Of a DNA stretch of 64,000 nt, positions 1 to 11,900 are shown one piece after another (the first letter of the stretch is position 1; the number at the start of each line of letters is the position of its first letter). The notes under the pieces are model-generated. The model did no database searches. It saw only the letters and a program-made list of their open reading frames with translations, and was not told where the DNA came from. The translations under genes were made by a program, and so were the position numbers. Source of the DNA: Azolla caroliniana (lineage: Eukaryota; Plantae; Polypodiophyta); the NCBI GenBank assembly GCA_043228905.1, contig JBHGNT010000002.1:19840001-19904000 (forward strand), given 5' to 3'.

Positions 1-177
1 AGATTCTTGAATTATAAAAGAATCTATTTTCTTATGCTATAAACGAACGTTTTCTCTCATTTACTCATCTTATATGTGAATTTTGCTTGTGTTGTACTTG
101 TTGTACTAAATCCTTCTAGTTCAGAACCTTGGCGGTTCCGCCTCGCGATCCACACATAGTGACGGATTATCACGACA
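1..177 (+). mobile_element. 3' end of an LTR (Gypsy family with TGTCGTG...CACGACA termini) inserted into a Copia pol
   Basis: Ends ...gattatCACGACA at 177, the inverted complement of the TGTCGTG(A) LTR starts at 4785, 7343, 52893 and 55128(-). The Copia RT frame begins immediately after it. Confidence 0.6.
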
Positions 178-530
178 ACGGGTTGTGGCTGTCACAAGAG
201 AAATATGTGACAAGGATCTTGGAGAGATTCAACGTGTCGAAAGCAAAGCCAGTCGGCTCTGTGTTTCCGACAAATTGTAAGCTGAATGCTAAGAAATGCC
301 CAAAGAACAAAAAGGAGAAGGTCGAGATGAGGAAAGTACCATATGGCTCGTCCGTCGGCAGTTTGATGTATGTTATGGTCTGTACGAGACCAGACATAGC
401 ACTTGTTGTGGGAGTAGTAAGACAATATATGAGTAATCAAGGACGAGAACATGGGGCAACTGTCAAATGGATATACTCAAGTACTTAAAAGGCACCTCAA
501 GGGTATGTCTCAAGTTTGGAGTCGGAAAAT
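178..530 (+). pseudogene. Ty1/Copia reverse transcriptase fragment
   Basis: LWLSQEKYVTRILERF...VPYGSSVGSLMYVMVCTRPDIA is a typical Copia RT C-terminal region; it is truncated and frameshifted. Confidence 0.9.
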
Positions 531-654
531 AATGTAAATAAAGATATTCCTTGTACAATCTCATCTAGTGGTGCTACGTTTATGCCAAAAGTAGATAATA
601 ATAAAATACAAAATGCCTCCGAGTACTTTAAGTGATGATGAAGAAATTTAGGAT

Positions 655-3600
655 ATGTTTGAAGAATTAAGTTTTGAACATACAATAACTCATTTGGAAG
701 CAATGGAGGACGACAACAAAACCCAAGTTCCTATCCATTCGATCAAGATGTATGAGGTCATTGAAGAAGTTTCTCGAAAGGATCATGAGGCACATGTCCT
801 GACAAAGTACGAGACAGTGGAGAAGAAGGTCCGTCCTATTGTTGCTCCACTTCCAGGGCATAGTGAAAGGGCAATCAAAGAAGCAGCCGCAGAGCCAATG
901 ATCAGAGACCCACGAAAGGTGGGACATGTGTTTACTCCAGAAACAATACAAGGGATGAAAATAAGAGGGGGTGGCTTCCTATTACCTGCTAAAGAAAAGC
1001 AATTCATGGAGATGTTAAAATATTCCATGGAATTTTAAGCCAATACCCATGCCTAGGGCTAGAATCCCTCAACTATTAGAACTTCTGAAAGAAAAGATAA
1101 GGATGGGTATCTTGGAACCATCAAACGCTCCTTACTCAAGTCGATGGTTCACTGTGTTAAAGAAAGATGGATGACTCCTATTTATCCAAGATATGCAACT
1201 CGTGAATAAGGTAACAACCCGAAACTCAGGAGTAGGGCCAATTGTGGATGAGTTTGTTGAGATGTTTGCAGGAAGAGCTATATATTCAATGGGAGACCTT
1301 TATTCCAGGTATGATCAATTTCAACTTGCTATCAAAAGTTGAGATATTATTTCTATCAAGACACCTATAGGGTTAGTACGGATGTGTACCTTACCGCAAG
1401 GAGCGACCAACTCAGTGGCGCATATGATGAATGGAATGAACAAGGTACTTCATGGTTTTATTCCTCATATTACAATGCCTTTTTTAGATGATATTCCAAT
1501 TAAGGGATGCAAGGAGGAAGAGAAGAATGAGGAATTGGACGAAAGTGGTTGCCAACAATTCGTTGCCGATCATATCAAGGATTGTGAAAAGATACTATCA
1601 AGGATGGAAGAAGTGCGTTTGACCTTATCAGGGGCGAAGTCAATATTTGGGGCAAAAGAGATATTAATAGTTGTTCATATGTGTGGCCCATATGGGAGAA
1701 AGCCATCCCCAACCAAGGTCAATGCAATTCAAAATACGCAAGAGGAATGTACATCCGTCTCAGAAGTACGAAGGTTTCTAGGGGTATGTGTTTTTTACTG
1801 TAGATGGATTCTGCATTATGCCCATTTATCTGAACCTTTATACATACTCCTAAGAAAAGGAAAAACATTTGAATGGAGTGAAGAGCATTCAGAGGCAATG
1901 AGGAAATTGAAGTCCTACTTGGCACAAGCTCCACCATTAAAGCAACCTTACTACACCCAATCCATATATCTCATAGTAGACTCCAGTCCCATTGGAATTG
2001 GATGGGTGATAAGCCAACAAGATGGGGAAGAAAGTTATCCAGTCCAATTCGGAGCAAAGGTTCTTAGTGGTCGACAAAGAAAATATGCACAGGTCAAAAG
2101 ACAGCTATGGGGGGTAGTAACAACAATTAAGACAGATAAAGATTACTTAATTGGTGTTGAAGTAATAATAGAAATAGATTATTTGCCTATTCTTGATATC
2201 ATAGCTAATTCTGATATTCCAGATCAAGCCATGTTAAGATGGTGTATCTATATTAGATCAGTCAACCCTGAAGTTAGACATATATCTGGGAATAGAAATG
2301 CAGTAGCAGATATGTTATCAAGAGCAAGGTATAAGGAAGAGGAGATTCCAGACTCAGACAATGAGGACAAAGAACAAACATTCCTTACCACAAGCATTAC
2401 CAAGGAAGGAGGAATGCAATTTCTAGAAGAGGAGTATGAAGAAGAATTCAAGGATAGGGAAGTATCCACAAACCCCTAACAAGTATAAAGGTCGCACAGT
2501 TTCCTGCATGAAGGATATCTATGGCGACATCCAAAAACCAAGACTTGAAACCCGCAAAGAGTAATAGGTTCTGAAGGGCAAAGAAATGAGATAATCAGAG
2601 AGTTGCATGACAAAGAATGGGCTGGTCATCAAGGAGTGTGGGCCACTTTCAGTAAGATTAAAGAAAGGTTTTGGTGGGCTCAATACTATGAGGAAATAAA
2701 AAAGTATGTAGAAACTTGTCCCACTTGTCAATATTATTCAGATGTAAAATTTTGTGATGAGTTACACCCAATATACTCACTGGGGGTACATTACAATTGG
2801 ATGATAGATTTGGTAACAATGCCACTTGGAGTAGGACAAAAGAGATTCTTGGTTCTTGCAAGAGAAGATCTAACAAATCAAGGGGAAGGGCATGCATTGC
2901 GAACAAAAGGGACATTAGGAGTATGTCAATTCATCTTGGAGGACATTGTTTGTAGATATGGATGTATCGGGAAGATAGTGGCAGATAGGGGAGAGCTCAA
3001 TTCTCCAAAAGCTCAGGATTTTTTCGACAAAATAGGGATTCGGCTTTCTTTGACAACGGTATACAATCTGGAAGCTAATGGAAAGATAGAAAAGGGACAT
3101 GGGCCAATAGTCAAATCTTTAGCAAAGGCATGTAAAGGACGGGCCGGTGATTGGCCAAAAGTCTTACCCTATGCACTGTGGGCTGATAGGACAACTGACA
3201 ACATTGTTACCGGATATATGCCTGCAGAGTTAATCACAGGACAAAAGCCGATAATGCCAATTGAAGAAAAGATAACTACATGGGTTGTGTTGCCTTGGGA
3301 ATAAGAAATGAATAGGGAAGATTTACTTGCTATTTAGATACGACAACTTCAATCCATGACAGAAGACAGAGAAAAAACAACTACTAGATTGAAAGAGGCA
3401 AGAATCAAGAATAAGGACAGATTTGACAAGATAAAAAGAATATGACCAAGGAATGTGCAAGAGGGAGACTGGGTATTAGTATATGATAATAGCCTAGATA
3501 ATCAATACATTACTACTCAGAAGTTTGCAAAAAGATGGTTTGGACCTTATAAAGTTAGGAAAATAATAGATAAGGCCACATATTTCCTCAATGAATTAGA

Positions 3601-3763
3601 TGGGATAGAAATTCGTATCCCAATTGCAGGAAAAAGAATTAAAATATTTAAAGGACAGAGTCAATAGAGTCCGAATTTTATGAAGAAGTAGAAGAACTAA
3701 AAGAATCGGAATAAGTGTTGGATGAACTCTGCACAACCAATGTGCAAGTTCAAAGGGGGTGGG
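655..3763 (+). mobile_element. Ty3/Gypsy pol (RT-RNase H-integrase), degenerate, ending at a polypurine tract
   Basis: RT: LPQGATNS...FLDD. RNase H: VDSSPIGIG...NAVADMLSR. Integrase: zinc finger H..GHQG...CPTCQ, core ADRGE...EANGKIE and C-terminal WFGPY. There are several stops and frameshifts. PPT aaagggggtggg at 3752-3763 is followed by TGT at 3764. Confidence 0.92.
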
Positions 3764-3881
3764 TGTCGGCTAAGTTAAGAAGATATTATGGTTCTCATAG
3801 GTTGCGGGATGATGCCAATGGGATTTGAACCATGTTTGTCATGACGAGAGGATGAGTGGTGTTGGTGTGAGGGTTGAAGAA

Positions 3882-4175
3882 GATCATGAGGGGATGAGGA
3901 ATCATTTTTCACTTATTTTGTTGTTAATTGCACAAGACATTTGTGATATTCGGCGAGATGGTGGATGTGGACTAAATGAAACAATTTGTCTGTTTTTAGG
4001 AGTGATGATGGTGGGGGGGACCGAAGCTGATCATGAGGGGATGAGGAATCATTTTTCACTTATTTTGTTGTTAATTGCACAGGACATTGGTGGTATTCAG
4101 CGAGATGGTTGATGTGGACTGAATGAAGCAATTTGTCTGTTTTTAGGAGTGAAGATGGTGTGGGGATCGAAGTAG
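3882..4175 (+). repeat. ~147 bp direct tandem duplication in the Gypsy 3' LTR region
   Basis: gatcatgaggggatgaggaatcatttttcacttattttgttg... starts at both 3882 and 4029. Confidence 0.85.
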
Positions 4176-5504
4176 ATGGTGTGAGGTGTGGAGGACATAG
4201 TTCATCTTGTTTATAGGGAGATTATTACATGTACATTTTCAATTTTCATGGAGATGAAGGACATGGTCGTTTTGATTTGGGAGATGATACATGGGGGGCT
4301 ATCCAAGGCAACCCATCACGGTTTACCCAAGCGTCAGGTGCATCATGGACTACTTTGGTGTCTTCAACTGTTGTGTACAAAACATTTGTCAAATAACATC
4401 ACCCTAGTGGACAGTCAGGTGATGGTGAACAACTCCAGTATAGGCGGAATCAAAGGGATACATGGAGTTTTTAGACTACTAGCCAGGGTGGACAGTCGGG
4501 ATATGTTGACTAGGATTACCACCAAGATATGTAAAGATATGTATTCTTTTGGACTGCAAGAATTTGTTTATAGGTTGAGAATGGGTCTTGTTGGCAAAGG
4601 CTGAGAGAGTTTTCATGGATATAATTAGCATTATCTTGCCAAAGGCCATCGTTTATATTTGGTCTTTTTTTAATAAACACTTGTGGAGTGGAAACTATTA
4701 TGTACAAATTGTAGATTGCCTTTGGCATTGTTAATTTTAATACCAATGGAGTATAGTTTTTGTGAAAAAAAAAGGGGGGGTGGGTGTCGTGAAGAATATG
4801 CTTCACGATACAAAAACGAACTTCAATATTGTATTTAATAGTATTTGAAAGACTTGAACCCACACCCTTATATAAGAAGTACAACATACATACCACTAGG
4901 CTAGGCTATTTATTTTCAAAAGTATTGTAAAGAATATATCTCATGATATAAGAATCAAGCTAAATATTGTATTGAGTAAAATTGAGAGACTCAAATCCTC
5001 AACCTTGTATACCAAGCACAAGGTATACACCACTAAGCTAAGTTATTTGTTTTAAATTATATATTTCCATCACTATACTTATCCTATATTTATTTTCATA
5101 CATGAGAACTCAAATGAGCATGATGGCTATCATGCATCACATGTAATGCATGTGCGCCAAATGGCGATCATGCATCACACGAAACTCATGCATGCCATCC
5201 TCCCACACATTACCATATGCATGACAAATTACAATACTTATATAAGGAGGGGCAAGGAAAACAAGAGAGCAATCAAGAGAAAGTTAGAGAAATAATATGA
5301 TCAAACAAACAAGTTAGCTCATTTGGGAAGAGGCTCTAGAGTTTAGCGAAAAAAAATTCACATATTGTGATTGACATTGTAACTTTTCAACGAAAGAAAA
5401 GTCACATCTTGTGATTGACATTGTAACTTTGGTAAAATATTGTGTTATTAATATAAAGCTTGTTCTTATAATACATTTTCACTTCTTAAATCATACATTG
5501 TCTC

Positions 5505-5986
5505 TAACAATCAACAACAGTTCGGTTTGAACCGAACCGAACCGCGAAACCGCGACTAAACGTCTTAGTGGTTTCAACGATTTGGTTCGGTTCAGGTTCA
5601 GGTTGTTTAAAACGGTTCGATTCGGTTTCAACAGTCAGAAACCACGGTTTAACGGTTTTTTATTTTTTATTTTTTATTTTAAATTAAAAAATAATAATAA
5701 TTGTTTTTAAATAATCTTTTCATTTTTAGACCTTATTCTCACATTTTAGGAACATCTTTAAAAAATTTAAAAATTAAAATAATGAAATATTGTAAATTTT
5801 AAAAAATTAAAATTTTGACCTATGTTGAAAACCGAAAACGAGCCACGAAACCGCGGTTTTCCTCGTTTAATGGTTTAACAGTTTGAAATTTGTTTATCGG
5901 TTTGGTTTGGTTTGGTTTGGTCAGGTTTTTAAAATTTTAAACGGTTCGGTTTGGACCCTCTCAAACCGAACCGTTGTCGATTGTTA
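5505..5986. mobile_element. hAT-type MITE
   Basis: 26 bp TIRs (taacaatcaacaacagttcggtttga / tcaaaccgaaccgttgtcgattgtta, 2 mismatches), an 8 bp TSD attgtctc (5497-5504 and 5987-5994), and many AACCG/CGGTT subterminal motifs. Confidence 0.9.
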
Positions 5987-7342
5987 ATTGTCTCTTATCT
6001 CTTATCTATGGCAGCTCATCTGTCTCTCGCACATTACTTCTAACTCTTGTTCTTCCTATCCTTAATCTTTCTAACATTGTTGCACAAGGCTTATAAAATA
6101 TATAGTCAACTCCTTTTAACCTTAGTCTGTGCGACTTCGTCGCACGAACCACAACTACCCTAACAACACCACTTTAGTTGATGTCATCTCATTGTCTCTA
6201 CCTGACCAAAGTATCCTTCCACCATTGCCTTAATATTTTTTATGCAGGCTTTGTCTAACATCCAACATGCCACCGAGTTCCACATGGTGGCCAACAAAAT
6301 ATGGTTCACCACAACCACCCTACCAGCAAGGGAAAGCTTTACTGATGCCCACAATCGAAGCTTTTTTCTAATTTTGTCTTTCACCTGCTCAACCTGCTGA
6401 TTTTTAGGTGTCTCAACTCCCACAAAAAAGCCCAAATACTTAACAGCCATGCCATTTGGAACCCATTGAAAATCAACGTTAGGACACCATAGCGGTCGTG
6501 GGTTCAAACTTACCCAAAATCCTCTACTTTTGTTCCAATTAATTTCCCCCCCTGGCGCTTTGCAAAACAATTCAATCCATTCTTCAGCCTTCTATAAATT
6601 AGTATCATTGCCTTGCAAGTAAATCATAGTGTCATCTGCATACTCAGAGTCCAGCAAATTCTTGCTAGCATATGGAACAACTAAACCCCTTATTCCTGCA
6701 TCCGATCTGTTCGAAAAGAAAGAGAATGTCTCTGTAATAAATAAAAATAGGTAGGGGGCCAGCGGGCACCCCTGTCTAACAAACCTATGTAATGGAATCG
6801 ATGGGCCACAATGCCTTGTCACTAACACCCTACTCGAACTTCCTTTGTAAAGGGCCAACACAACCGATCTCCATTTTAACAGTAATCCCAACCTTTCCAT
6901 GACTTTTTCTAAAAAAGGCCACTGAACTCTGTCATATCCTTCTCAAAGTCTAGCATGAGACATGCAATGTGTTGATTGGTTTTCTTTGTCAAGGCAATCG
7001 CCTCCCAAAATGTCAACGCATTATCAATTATGCATCTATTTTCCATGAACCTTGTTTGTCCAACATGGATTAGTTCATGCAAGTAGGGTTTTACCCTCTT
7101 AACCAGTATATTGGCAAATATCTTATATATTGTGTTAAGCAGCCTGATTGGTCTCCATTGCCTTGCATCAATTATTACACCTTGTACCTTAGGAATTAGA
7201 AATATCATCCCCTCTTGAAATTGCGCAGGTAAGCACCCAACATCCCATGCCTCTTTTAGCCCATCAACCAAACCAGCCTTGATCACGTCCAAAAAAATTC
7301 GAAAAAATCTCTTGATAATCCATCGGAGCTTAGACAGGATGT

Positions 7343-8912
7343 TGTCGTGAGGATTTTCGGCCATGGTGAGAAAACCCGAGAGGAACGAATAAAGCGAGAT
7401 GTGCAACATTACACATATATTTAGGAAAATTGTAACATAGGAGTAAATAGAGAAATGTAAGAAGGAAAAGTAAAGGGGGGGGATCAAAATGTGCATGTGC
7501 AATGTGTGTGCACACAAAGACGATTAATTGTGCATATGCAAATTAAAAGGGAAAAGAAAGGGTGGAAAGGATGTATAGAAGCTCGTGTAAAAAGTAAAAG
7601 AGAGGAGAGATAAAAGGTAGAGGGGAGACAGGCTATGAATTTGTAGAGATAGAATTATATATTATATAAAACAGAGTTAATGGGCTATTGGATAGTCAGT
7701 CACATTGACCTCTAGCTAGAGTTGCATGGTTCAAATCCGGTCTTACAATGCAATGTGATTTAAGGAATTTTATTCCTTTTGCATTGAAGACAAATTTGGC
7801 GACCCCCCTTCTTTTTTACCTATAAAAGGAGGTCGAGGGGGGCTCATTTTGGGGGACGACGTTTTGGGAGGAGGAGACTATCGCCATTTTTCCTTCGGAG
7901 CTCTTCATCTTCTTCTTCACCACTTCTCTTCATCTCATACCCCTTCATCCCCTCATCGCCACATGCTCGTCTTCTTCGTGTCGGCACTCGAAGTGCTCGT
8001 GAGCCCAAGCTTCATTGGTTCGACGTTGCGAGCCTCGTTCGTCGTTGCGAGCCCATGTGCTCGTCGTTCGGGTGGTCGTGGTCCATTGGGGTTGGCATTT
8101 TGGTGGTGCTCGTGTGATCATCTTCACCATGTTCGATTTTGCTCTTGTCTCTAAGAGCATTTAGTATTTATGTTTTGATTGAGCTTGTCATTGACTAGAA
8201 GTTGCCATTGTAGTCAAACCCTATTTTATAAAGGGTCCTCTAGCGTTGGAATCGAACACGTATTTATTTCTTTGGACGATATCATTCATGTTTCTTTCTT
8301 TCTTTCTTTCTTCTTTGTCCGTGTCTTCCTTGTACGTTTGGTCGTCTTGTGACGAGGGAGCATTTCGAGCGTGCCCATGCACCTGTCCTCCTCATAAAGA
8401 CGTACGGGCATTCATGTTTGTGTTATCATCCCCTTGTGCGTTCATCTTGCATACTCATCTTTGCTTGTACCCGTTTGATCACTTGGCTCATGCGGCGATC
8501 TCGAAAGGTCAACGAGTCGTGATCAACGAAAGCCACCGACCTCACAAAACAAAGGGCAATGAGCCCTTGCTCGGGAAGGGTTCGTAGAGAGGATTCGTAG
8601 AGTGAGGATTTATAGAGTGAGGATTCGTAGAGTGAATATTCGCAAAGTGAGGATTCATAGAGTGAGGATTCGTAGAGTGAGGATTCGTAGAATGAGGATT
8701 CGTAGTGAGGATTCGTAGAGAGAGAATTCGTAGAGTGAAGATTCGTAGAGAGGATTCGTAGAGTGGGTTCGTAGAGTGGGTTCGAAGAGTGCTTTATATT
8801 TACAAGATTTAAAATAAATATTTATTTATTTATTTATCCCTTGAGTACTCCCTAGTCCAAGACCCCCGTGGTCCCGCCCAAGTTACACACGCGCGCGTGA
8901 AACTTCGTGACA
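7343..8912 (+). mobile_element. Solo LTR (~1.57 kb) inserted in LINE ORF2
   Basis: Termini TGTCGTGA...TCGTGACA; 4 bp TSD atgt/acgt (one transition); TATA-like cctataaaagg near 7818. Removing it restores the LINE frame ...ISRTSCLSSDGLSRDFFEFFW. Confidence 0.85.
8580..8790 (+). repeat. Minisatellite, ~15 bp unit (gaggattcgtagagt), inside the solo LTR
   Basis: More than ten imperfect head-to-tail copies are visible. Confidence 0.9.
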
Positions 8913-11900
8913 ACGTTCTGCTAATACCTGCCAAAGCATCAACCACCTCCTCTTCCTAGAGAGGCCTCAAACGATTAGCTTGTGCCGCATCTAAAATTAT
9001 GTGTTGCATTCCCTCTAGCACATATTCTACCAGAGCAGGTTGTTCGAGGATACTGTAGCTATTTGAAAGCAACTCATGATATTGTGATGTGACCACCTCC
9101 AAGATCTCCGAAACATCCTCTAACATAGAGCCATCTTCCATAACCAGCTTCGGATTGTAGCTACAGTTTGTTCTAGGCTTTTTATGCATGAAAATTTGTT
9201 TATTCACCTTATCCCCATTTTTGCTCCACCATGCCGTTGAACTCCTGAATAGCATCGTATTTCTAGATGCAATCCAGCACTGCAACGTTTCTTTTGCAAC
9301 CTTAAGGCCTACCCTAGACCATTGGCCTACCCTTACACCCCCATTCGACCCATTAGCAAATCTCATGCAAGTAGCTCAACCCCCTACACCACCATTTGCA
9401 TACCCCCCCCCTTGTCCTCTTTGTACAAAGTCATGTTAAAATCCCCTGCAAGGATCCATGCATCTGCAATTGACAGGCCATCGACCAATTGCCTCCAAAA
9501 AAGGGCTCGGTTCATTGACAAATTGGGCACATACAAGTTTATTATGCCAATTATGCATTTGTACCATCTGATAGTCACATAGATGGCACGTCCCTCCATT
9601 ATGGTGTCCTATCCCACCCCGACGACATCTGAAGAATTCCTTATAGATGTACAATCACCCCCTTTCCTACCGTGCTCACCTTGAGCTAGGGACAAGAACG
9701 TATGTCAATTCCCCTCAAGAGGATTGCCAACATTCAAGATCTTGTTTGCACTTAGATGGTGCTCTTGCAGCAACAATATATCTGGAACCCCCTTGAAACT
9801 CAGGGATTTGAACGACTATTGGAAGTTCTTCCTCTCCAACATACATTTGCTACCCCCTAGACCTTGTATGTTCCATGTGAGTAATTTCATGAAAACATGA
9901 GTGAAGTCTCCTATGAAGGACATAGACCCTCCCCCTGAGTCCATGCCCAACCACCCTTATTGAGCCTCTCCCATCCCAACACAACATCCTGCCTCATTGC
10001 ATCCTCCATTTCCTCCTCGTGGAAGTGCAACACCTCATCGAGGGAGTCTACCCTCTCTTCTATGCATAGTAGCAACTGATTTTTAATGCATGAATCATTG
10101 ACCCTCCCACAAATCATTTTAGCATTCATCCACATCATTGTCCATCTATCCCCATTCCAAGTGGTGGGCAAATTGTTAAAGTAATTGTTTGCCCTACTAG
10201 TTATGGAACTCGAGATCCATTCCATGTTATCGACTCAAAACCTCCAGGTCTGTTAGATCAAAAGATAAACAGACATTTGGCAACTTGTTGTGTTCATTGA
10301 CAACCACGTAAACCCTCAACCCTGAGCCTTCCTCATGACACAAGTCAATCAATCTCTTGAGAGCTTGTTGGCCAAACTTGCACCGCTTGTCGAACCTATC
10401 CCTTACTGATCTTTTGGACTTAAAAATTTGACCAGAACTCAAACATCTACCCCTATAGTTACTTGTCTTGTCTCATGCAACTTCTGAGTTCTAGAATTGA
10501 TTGGTGAGCTTTCTTGACACCTCCTAGTGTGTAACCACTCTTTCACCGCGCTCAATCCGATACTTCCACTCTTACCAAGCAAGGCATCAAGTGTGCACAT
10601 TATCACCTCTTCAACATTATTTGACCTTTGATCCTGTAACAAATCCTCCTCTTCCAACAATGCCTCAAAGCTATTCCTCAACCTTAAATGAGGCATAGTT
10701 GTGTTTCCTTCTTGCTGCAATCGATTTTTTCATCCCAAAACCAGAGTCCAAGCGTCTACATTAGCCTTCTCCTTCTCTGCCCCATTGAGGGTGTTCTGAC
10801 CTTTCACCCCTATATTCTCTTGCCTAGCAACCTGCCCTTTGTCCTTTCCCACCCTCACATTACCGTTGATCTTCCTAGGGCATTCCTTAGCAATGTGGCC
10901 CTTCTTTTTACAATAAAAACATTGGCCAGGTAAGCCCTCGTATTCCACCACCACATCTATCAGTCCCGCTTCCACATGATGAACCCTGATTATAGGCGGA
11001 GTATTGCCCTATTATAATTCATTATCCCAAAGAAACAATCCAAAAGATTGAATCGACATTCATAGGATATTTTGGGCACTCTTAAAGTCCTATTAGTATG
11101 ACTACATCCTTTAGAAGGAAATTACTAGTTTCACAATTTAATGTTTATATATATATATATATATTAGTATTGTTATTGGAATGGAAAATGTTCGCCATAT
11201 TCAATTTATATTTTGTTACAACCATCCTCTTAGCTCCAAGAACATGTAATCATTTGTGGCACTTATCAAAATAATGGTCTTGGTGGAAAACCAAGCTTAC
11301 AAGTATATGGAGGTTTTATCTTCAACTTAAGAAAAGGGTATATTCCTAAGGAGATGCTTATTTGGTGACTACTTCCCATTGGGCCGAATATTCAAAAGAA
11401 AAATGTAGCTTCATCACATTGTGAGCGATGTGATGGTAATTGAAAACCACCTTACATTTATTTATATGGACATGCTCACTCAGCAAGGCTTTTATGCAAA
11501 GAATACATGCATCACTTTTACCTTGATTTTCTAGGCAAAAGTTTGGGAAAAACTTTTGGTAGTTTGGAAAGATTCCCCTTGGCCTACCAAAGCAAAGCAT
11601 TTGAGCAATTTGGAGCATTTGGATGGCTCCAAACATCTTTTGCCAAAACCAATTACAATAAGTTAGCTTCTTCTACAAATCCCTCAAATAATCTCTATTT
11701 AATAGTCTACAACTTAGGTACATCCCACTTCGGATTTACATTCTTTTGTTTGAGTGCTTCTATTCACTTGAGTGTAAATGGAAAAGTTTGTACATTTCTC
11801 TTTGTTATTTTGTGGGGTTTCAGATAACACTAGTAATATAAGTTTCACCAACAAAGAAGAAGCATGTATGCATGTATGAATTTAGGTATGTATGTATCAA

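Larger units (their letters stand above)
6110..10980 (-). mobile_element. L1-type LINE (ORF1 zinc knuckle, AP endonuclease, RT), degenerate, interrupted by a solo LTR
   Basis: ORF1 CFYCKKKGHIAKEC (10730-10975). EN INLYVPN...WILAGDFN (9384-9599). RT WRPIRLLNTIYKIF...LDFEK, RQGCPLAPYLF, YADD (6592-7342) and KYLG...LSLAGRVVVVN (6184-6570). Confidence 0.92.

Noticed and set aside
8580-8790. Regular short repeats resembling a CRISPR array
   Set aside because: The units are head-to-tail with no unique spacers and lie inside an LTR; this is a minisatellite.
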